Under the pieces are notes generated by a model that had not been told where the DNA came from, searched no databases, and worked only from the letters and a program-made list of their open reading frames with translations. This document shows, in pieces, positions 55,511 through 64,000 of a stretch of 64,000 bases of DNA. The DNA is taken from assembly GCA_951406725.2 (NCBI GenBank), contig OX597820.1:88660001-88724000 (forward strand), read 5' to 3'. Position numbers and translations under genes: made by a program. The DNA comes from Octopus vulgaris (taxonomy: Eukaryota). Position 1 is the stretch's first letter; the number at the start of each line of letters is the position of its first letter.

Positions 55511-56512
55511 TATATGTAAAAAAATATAAACTGGGACAAGAGCACAAAACATTTAGAAGACGATACAAAAAACACGGACGGGACATTCGAAGCCTTCAAT
55601 CTTCAGTCAAGAACCGGATCATCCTCGCAATTTCGGCTGATTAATCTTGAGATTGCTCCGATCTGGCCAGCTCCAAAGGAAAATCTAAGCCAAGCGCATT
55701 AGATTCCTTGGAAGAAAGCCTCGGATGTATACAAAACAAGGACGGAAAAACGGACAATGTTACACGAATAAGAATACAAAAATATGTAAAAACAATAATG
55801 ATAACACGAATAAGAATACAAAAATACATAAAAACAATAATGATAATAATAATAACAAAAACAGGACGTCACAGACAGGCGTCTTATCGACAGGACGAGT
55901 AAACTTTGAGCTGGCGTGTTAGAAAAATGCCTTAGGGCAAAGAGAGAAAAAAATGTGTCTTGCCGCGACGACTGCTAACCACGAAAAGGCCGGCAATCGG
56001 TCAGTTAGTCACGCGTGAGGAGAAGAGAGAGGAAAAGAGGGACAGATAAAGAGAGAGAAAAAAGGGGAACAAGGAACAAAGGAGAAGAGAGAGAGAGAGA
56101 GAGAGAGGGGGGAGAGAGAAAGAGATAGATCAAAGTGGAGTGCAAAGTGTGAAAGGCAGAGAAATGTAGGAGAGGGGGGAGAGAGACAGTGTTATAGAGT
56201 CGTACCAAGTTTAAAGAAATATGTACTTACATATAGGACCAAAAGGGCACGGGCGTCACTATATATATATGTCACTTCCGCCCTTGTTTTGTATACATTC
56301 GAGGCTTTCTTCCAAGGACTCTAATGCGCTTGGCTTAGATTTTCCTTTGGGGCTGGCCAGATCGGAGCAATCTCAAGATTAATCAGCCGAAATTGCGAGG
56401 ATGATCTGGTTCTTGACTGAAGATTGAAGGCTTCGAATGTCCCGTCCGTGTTTTTTGTATTGTCTTCTAAATGTTTTGCGTTCTTGTCCCAGTTTGTATT
56501 TTTTTACATATA
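55511..56512. repeat. Inverted repeat with about 237-bp arms (55511-55747 / 56276-56512), Penelope-LTR-like
   Basis: The arms are reverse complements with few mismatches and are flanked by (TA)n. A third copy lies at 14911-15165. Confidence 0.9.
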
Positions 56513-56545
56513 CATATATATATAGCGGCGCCCTACCCTTTTGGT

Positions 56546-56639
<94 letters not shown>

Positions 56640-56640
<1 letters not shown>

Positions 56641-57031
56641 TAGTTTGCTTACCAGCCTCATGGTTCCAGGTTCAGTCTCATTGCGTGCCACCTTGGGCAA
56701 GTGTCTTCTACTATAGCCTCGGGCCGACCAAAGCTTTGTGAGTGGATTTGGTAGATGGAAACTGAAAGAATCCCGTTTTATATATATATGTGTGTGTATG
56801 TGTGTGTGTGTGTGTGTGTATGCATGCGTGCGTGTGAGTGTGTGTTTGTCCCCCAACATCACCTGACAACCGATGTTGGTGTATTTAAGTCCCTGTATCT
56901 TAGAGGTTCGGCGAAAGAGACCGATAGGATAAGTACTAGGCTTACAAAGAATAACTCCTTGGGCCTATTTGTTCGACTAAAGGCAGGTGCTACCGCATAG
57001 CCGAAGTCAAATGGCTGAAGCAAATAAAAGA
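56640..57031 (+). mobile_element. SINE family A (head clipped by (GATA)n)
   Basis: ccttgggcaagtgtcttctactatagcctcgggccgacc body, (TG)n and tail. Confidence 0.85.
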
Positions 57032-57101
<70 letters not shown>

Positions 57102-57381
57102 TTATGATCAAGGATAAAATCTATATAGGACCTTCTCAAGTAGCTAGCATGTAAAAAAAAAAAAACCATTTAGGTAAAAATAAATAGGAAGTATTTAATT
57201 TTATCAATAATATTAATATCTCAATTTGTTTTTTGTACGTACCTATCATTTGTGTCACACTTACTTCAAAGAAAAAGTGAGTGGCAAAGCGAGAGGAGGA
57301 CAGAGAGAAAGTAAGAGAGAAAAGAGAGAGAATGAGAGAGAAAGAGGAAGAGTGAGAGAGAGAGAGTGAGAGAGAGTTAAA

Positions 57382-57600
57382 GATACAGTAATTTTCCCTA
57401 ATTCTGTTATTAATGCTTCTTAGTATATTTTTTTTAGCTACTAGCCCAATTTTAAATACCGCTGGATTTAACAATCTTGAAGTAGTATTATCATGAAAAT
57501 TGGGCTTATGGTCTTTTAAAGTAATTAACGCCTCTCTTAGCTAAACAATATGTTTGAGTATTTCTAAACACATGAAACTATTAGTAGCGCTTAAATTCAT
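57382..57600 (-). mobile_element. Penelope-like RT N-terminal fragment
   Basis: Minus translation EALITLKDHKPNFHDNTTSRLLNPAVFKIGLVAKK.ILRSINNRIRE resembles the ITLKDHK..RLINP..IG..K.IL..IN signature of a Penelope-like RT clade. Confidence 0.65.
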
Positions 57601-58095
57601 GTATTGTACTCTTTAAATCTAGCCGTTATCAGAGGGGAATATCAAAGAGAAGTAACTTTGAGCAGATTTAAAGTCGTAGCTTAACTAAAACATAGTCAAC
57701 AACATTGACTGAGTCGTGCTATAAGACCGCCAAGTCGGGAGAAGTTCAGGAGGAGTATCAGCGCCAAGCAGTGTTTAGGCATAAGCGAATTTTAGGCTTG
57801 TTAAAATATGTTTGTGACATATTTCAACTTCTAAAGACAAATTTACCGCAGATACCGTAAAGAAGAAATTCTCCTGACTCTACCTTTTCATATTTTCATG
57901 TTATTTTGGCATTTTTATTCACTTCCTCATCATCAAATTATCAATCTTCATTTAGTAAGTTTTTAAACAATAACTCTGTCATTATTGATGGCTCGAGAAG
58001 TGCATTGCATTGATGCACCCTATGATTAATAGAACTATCGGCAAATTTGACGACATGGGTATGCTAGTATATATATATATACACACACACATATA

Positions 58096-58303
58096 TAGTT
58101 AATCCAAACATGAAAACACAAAGATAAAACACAACAACGCGAGGACGTGGAACAAATATAGTATTATTGGACGCTCAGGAAGGAAGGGAAGAAGGAGGGT
58201 TTAACGTTTCGAGCGGAGCTCTTCGTCGGAAACATAGGAGAAGGAAAGATCCAGAGAAGGGAAGACAGAGGAAAAAAATCGCCAACGGTACACACGCAGT
58301 CAC
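58096..58303 (-). mobile_element. Penelope-LTR-like fragment in (TA)n
   Basis: Homologous to 51288-51485; carries an HHR motif. Confidence 0.6.
58199..58233 (-). ncRNA. Minimal hammerhead ribozyme, U4C variant
   Basis: Minus strand: GTTT-CCGACGA-a-GAGC tcc GCTC-GAAA-CG-TT-AAAC. Helices I and II are perfect, AACGTT palindrome, GUU triplet. Confidence 0.6.
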
Positions 58304-58362
58304 AATTTGAATACGTATATATATATGCATATATATATATATACACATATATAGATATATAT

Positions 58363-58483
<121 letters not shown>

Positions 58484-58551
58484 TATACACACACACACAC
58501 ACACACAAATAAGTATGTATATGTATAGTGTGAGAATTTCGAAACTTCAAG

Positions 58552-58773
58552 AGATATTTTTAACAGTGGAACTCGAAGTATATAAAGCTATAAATGTTAG
58601 CAGGTAAAATATTGGGTTAAAGAAACATAGATTGAAGATAGTCTTAGGCTGCATGAAGGTTCAAGTCCCAAGCCAGAATTTCGACTTTTTTTTCCATTAA
58701 AGAGGGTGTTAACTCTCTAGGCGTTATCAATTATGGCTTTATCTACTTCGAGTTCCAATGTTAAAAATTATCT
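58552..58773. mobile_element. MITE-like element with about 42-bp imperfect TIRs
   Basis: 58552-58593 vs 58731-58773 (ttaacagtggaactcgaagtatataaagc / gctttatctacttcgagttccaatgttaa). Confidence 0.6.
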
Positions 58774-58933
58774 ATTTCATATTTGAGTACGCGTATGTCT
58801 GTCTGTATGTATGTATGTGTGTACAGCTATCTACGTATCATGCATAACGTATAATATATGATGTTGTGATTTTCGTCCGTGAGAAAATCTCTTCATGAAC
58901 AAAGGCATGCTGTGTTTAGAACACAATACATAC

Positions 58934-59101
58934 CAGCGTGAGACGAAATAGATTCGTCCCGACAATGCTTTACGAGAACGACAAATGCATTCCAGCGTTC
59001 TTGGGCCATGTCAACGCAGCGTATTCACTGCTCAGATTCCTAGACAAAAATGCATCTCGTCCGATATCGTCATTTCCCTCTATCTCTGCCTGCGGCAAAA
59101 T
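58934..59101 (-). other. Candidate exon of unknown minus-strand transcript
   Basis: Acceptor tgcag|, donor CTG|GTATGT, and gacATGG at 59009 opening MAQERWNAFVVLVKHCRDESISSHA into the donor. No homology recognised. Confidence 0.2.
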
Positions 59102-59573
59102 CTGCACCAACATGAAATATTTAGCTTCACAGTATTTGATTTTTCAATAACACTTCCTCGCGGTGGAGTGAGAGTAATAATAGGTATAGAGACGGTGAGG
59201 GCGATGGCGAAGACAGAGAGAGAGTGAGAGAGGAAGAGAGACAAAGAAAGAAAGAAAAAAAGGTAAAGAAAGGGAGACAAAGAAATTTAGGGAGAGTTGA
59301 TGATGTTTTATTAAAAGTTGTCGTATTGATGGTGGCAGTGGGAGTAATAATAAGAGAGAAAGAAAGGGGGAGATGATGTACGATTTTGTTTAACCATGTC
59401 TCTTTGACAGAAATTCCTGTGGCCAACATATTGAACCAACGACTGAACACTATCATTTTTGTTTTAATTTTTGCTTTATTTACTACACACACACACACAT
59501 AAAATACACTTTAATTGAAATAAAGTTTCCCCGTGACCAGCGATGTGTAACAACATCTGATAGCCTGGTCGGT

Positions 59574-59641
<68 letters not shown>

Positions 59642-60229
59642 ATACATGCATATATACATACATACACTCACACACATCGGAGGAGACATATATATATATG
59701 TATGTACAGTGTTTGTGTATTTGTATGTATCTTTAGTTTATGTGAAGTAGCGAGGGATGTTAACATCAGCAAGGAAAAAAACATTTTTACGGTACTCTTC
59801 GGACAAGATTCCTGACACCATTTCTCTTCACTGAGTTGCAAATACAACCTTGTCGTTGTTACCGTCAGAAACGAAGTAGGCTTGCAATTAGTCCATAGGA
59901 AACGATGACGATGTCATTTTCATTTATAGACATATATAAAATACGCAATACTAACGCTAAGTACTTATAGTAAACAATGAACATTTCATTCTTTTATTCT
60001 TTAACTTAAGTCATTAGATTTCAGCTATACCGAGGCACCATCTTGACGGGTTTTAAATCTATCACGACGATTCCAGAACTTATTTTAGAATATGGTACTT
60101 ATTCTACTGAAATCCTATGACAAAACTACTAAATCACGAGGGCATAAACAAGTCCATACCGGATGTCAAATGGCGAAAAATGTGAGCACAATGACGCCTC
60201 CATACTCGTATAATAAACACGCGCGTGTG

Positions 60230-60265
<36 letters not shown>

Positions 60266-60483
60266 ACAATAATGTTACTATTTTCAAAGTAGTTTTAAGT
60301 ATAGCAACTTATGATGATGATGTGATCTCTCTGTACTGTGAGTAGAATGCAATTCATTGTGAAGATCATATTTAACAAGCCAAGAGGCGAATCTCAAAAT
60401 CCTAACCGACTTGAGCTTTTGTAACTTACTCAGCACTAATTCTCTACAGCGCTCTTTTTTTTATCTTGGAGATAATATTTTCA

Positions 60484-60560
<77 letters not shown>

Positions 60561-60566
60561 CACGCA

Positions 60567-60784
60567 CACGAGGTGGGGGGGCTGAAAAGTTCCTTGCTTC
60601 AGGTAAAAGAAAATGCAGGTGGATCAGTTTATTATGATTTTATTCAACATATTCCCCTCTCAGATTCACACACTTATTGCAACGGTCCTTCAGTTTTTCT
60701 AAGTCCTGTAAAAGAACTGTTGGGCCTGCAAAAAGGCTTTTCGCAACACCCTTAAAGCCAAGAGCTTTTTTGGCACCCTTTTGT
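60567..60784. mobile_element. Mariner-derived MITE
   Basis: gctgaaaagttcc..ttatgattttattcaacatattccc; reverse-oriented homologue of 62232-62455. Confidence 0.7.
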
Positions 60785-60829
60785 GTGCGTGTATATATGT
60801 CCTGCGTTTCTGTGTTTTCTTGTTTGGAT

Positions 60830-60876
<47 letters not shown>

Positions 60877-61237
60877 AGGGATTCGAAACCGCGAGACCGC
60901 GAGTCCGCTGCCCTAACCACTCGGCTATTGCACCAAATATTTGTGTTTGTGTTAGCTTCTCTTATGCAAATAATCCAGTCCATATTCTACAGAATGGATG
61001 AGAAATTAATGATTTCATTTTACGTTTTATTTGGGAAAAAGCCAACTTTAGAGAAGAAACTAAATAAAGGGCGTGTAGTCAATGTTGATTAAGTTTTTTC
61101 CCGGGGGTATTACTGTTATTTATTTTATTGGATCTGAAGATGAGGCAAAGAAAACATAAATACTAGAGATACATACATATAAGTATGTATATATGTATAT
61201 ATGTATGTATGCATGCATGTATATATATGCATACTCA

Positions 61238-61317
<80 letters not shown>

Positions 61318-62112
61318 CACACACAGATATACATACATGAATATACATATATATATACATACATAAATACATACATATATGCACACACACATACACACAG
61401 ATATATATATATATCCAGACACACGTACACACATAATATATACATGCATACATAAGAGACTCAAGAGTTGAGAATTTCGTGCATTCCATTTCTCAAATCC
61501 ATATGTGGAGAAAAAATTGAAGAACTTTGGTCTTGCTCTTCTACTGCAGCACATTCGATGGAATTTCTAAACTAAGAGTCAAATACCATTCGAATCACAA
61601 TTTACTCGTCATTTATCGGGTACCGTGTATCAAGAACTTGCACTATCTAATGTGTTCGATACAAAAAAAAATAGATAAATGTATGAGATCAGCTGCGCCG
61701 ACAACAGATGGAATGGTCAGAACTCGAGCGCCAATGATTATAATTTTACTCAATCAGGACAAAACAACAACTACAATATACAGGTTCAGCATGGTCATTT
61801 AAGTTTCACAAGAGGTAAACCACAGTAACAACTACAACAGCATACAGCTCCGACCTGCTGAGTCAAAGTTAAAAAGGAATTAAGCAGCGACAACGAACAA
61901 CAACATATTTCACTTACGTTTCTTAGTTAGAGACGCTTTTCACTAAGGAGGTCGAATAAGACCGGAGCATATCTAATTAGTAATTAAATTAACGTTATCT
62001 TTTTCTTCACCAGATAATTATTTAGAATTCGATTTTTGATACACACTACATCATGTATAATAACCTGAATTTAGCTATTGCTTCATATGCAGAGTAATTA
62101 ACCTCAATGATA

Positions 62113-62164
<52 letters not shown>

Positions 62165-62231
62165 TGCAGTATATTATTTTTTTAAACTCATACTCATGTA
62201 CGATATCTACATGAGCAGAAATGTGAAAATA

Positions 62232-62455
62232 TACGACGGGATGCTGAAAAAGTTCTTGGCTTTAAGGCTATCGTGGAAGGCGTAGTTAGAAGCTCAATAT
62301 TCCGAATTCTTTTACAAGGATCAGAAAAATTAAAGGCCCGCTGCAATAAGAGTGTGAATTTGAGCTGGGAATATGTTGAATAAAATCATAATTAACTGAT
62401 CCTCTTGTATCTTTTTTTTAGCTCAAAGCCAGGAACTTTCCTGCAAACCCTTGTA
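62232..62455. mobile_element. Mariner-derived MITE with TA ends
   Basis: TIRs tacgacgggatgctgaaaaagttcttggcttt / aaagccaggaactttcctgcaaacccttgta. Confidence 0.75.
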
Positions 62456-62500
62456 TTTAACGATTCTCTTATCACTACTTCAGCAACTGCGACGAAGCCT

Positions 62501-62543
62501 GTCTCATTGAAGAGGTTTAATAAGACCGAAGCATGTCTGTGAT
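62501..62543 (+). ncRNA. Decayed hammerhead-like motif
   Basis: gtctca-TTGAAGA-GGTTT aata AGACC-GAAG-CATG-TC-tgtgat. Helix II and the palindrome are retained; two core substitutions. Confidence 0.4.
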
Positions 62544-63872
62544 TATGTCCCACGCTTGCCGAATTAACTGTAATAATATTTGTCATTGAGTTAGTTATGT
62601 ATTTTTTCATTGCTTAATTATTTCAAATTAGATGTTCGATGTTTTCCATTAATTATGTTAACAATGGCAATAACAATAGCGAACACTTTGCTTCCTAATT
62701 CTAATCTAATTTTCCCTGTTACAGACAAACACTGCCCAAGCGTTCTTAGTGGTTTCATGTTTAAAGCTGAAGAAAGATAAATGACAGCAAGGACTACAAT
62801 GAAATTTATTTTACGTAAGAGTTTACGTTGGCACGAAGAGCAGAATCCTTGATACTTGCAGCCGTTAAAGAACATTAAAATCGAGTTATATGCAGCTGAT
62901 GTTCCTCTTCGACAATCAACTATTGAAGTCTGCAAGAAAAGCATAGAAAGAAGGTAATTCAAGAAAAACTTAGAAAGAATATAATTCAAGAAAAACATAT
63001 ATAGGGGATAATTCTAAAACCATAGAAAGGGGATGTTCTGTTTAAGGAATGGGCTTGCCTACCTATGCATGTGAAGACTAGATCCCACGAACTCTGCAGA
63101 AGAAACCTCATGGTTTAACGAAAGGTAAGGCGACTCCTGTGGAGTGCAGAGAGTATGATGAAGCAAGTAGGATATCTTGATATCTGCAGCTGTCTCCCTT
63201 TCCAGACGTCTTACCACTAGAATAAAAGATGGTCACCGATGAGAGAGTGAAGCTGATGGTGCGCAACTCTTCTTCACTTTAAAGAAAGTCACCGCGCAAG
63301 TCATCAGTCATCCTAAAATGACTAGATGGTCCTCGTCACACCGACGGACGAACATGATAAGGAAAGGGCACAGTTGTTAATCTGGACATAATACAGAGAA
63401 CTAAAAAAAGCAGAGACGAATCACTTAAGAGTGCTGAGTTGTAGCGGTACAACTGACTAATTCTGGGAAACAAAGTCTGCTATAGTGTGGTAAAAGCACA
63501 GAGGGAAAAGACAACGTGCTTATGAGGAAGAGGCTGGAGCTTCTCGATGATTGATTTTCATGCTAATCAGTCAGCTGGACTTTTCTACATATAGTCTAAA
63601 AAGTCTGCGGGCTCAGGCGCGTGTGTATAGCAGCAGCTCCGTCCCACATATGGAGACAGAAGTCCACTGATCTTACTTGAACGAATTTGAAACAAACAGT
63701 GTTTTCCCGAACTTAACATTCTAAGAAATTACTGCGAGATATCACTGAGACAAAAATAAAATAATGCCTCTCATATTTTGGAAAAAGTCCAGAATATGCT
63801 ATATATGTGTGTGTGTGCGTGTGCGTGTGTGTATACATGCATACACATACACACATATACATATACACACAT

Positions 63873-63930
<58 letters not shown>

Positions 63931-64000
63931 GCAAACATATGCGCATGCATACGTACAAATGTATGCATGTATAGATATACACATGTCTACTTAAATATAC

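Noticed and set aside
62618-62998. 126-aa minus-strand ORF
   Set aside because: AT-rich with an internal duplication and no recognisable domain; may be a retroelement remnant, but I cannot support that.

Overview
This is AT-rich, microsatellite-saturated animal genomic DNA. The SINE repertoire points to an octopus or other coleoid cephalopod (inference). I can support no intact protein-coding gene: nearly all ORFs in the track are microsatellite artefacts, and the recognisable peptides belong to decayed transposons. These include a Neptune-type Penelope-like element (RT plus GIY-YIG), a second Penelope RT fragment, R4/Dong-type RLE LINEs in (TAA)n, an RTE fragment, three Tc1/mariner remnants, a 2.6-kb hAT-type element with long TIRs, a non-autonomous Helitron, MITEs and more than 30 copies of four tRNA-derived SINE families. 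The most striking hidden layer is about 15 minimal type-I hammerhead ribozyme (HHR) motifs read by eye on both strands, mostly in short Penelope-LTR-like fragments beside (TA)n. Two pairs are exact mirror images inside fold-back inverted repeats (26536-26702 and 54579-55251). One locus has two same-strand HHRs 141 nt apart. Several families carry non-canonical cores (CCGANGA, CUGUNGA), and the families differ in their palindromic helix III. A few unique islands carry minus-strand splice signals and TF-motif clusters, so the window may be intronic to an unidentified host transcript (low confidence). Coordinates were counted by hand and element edges are approximate.
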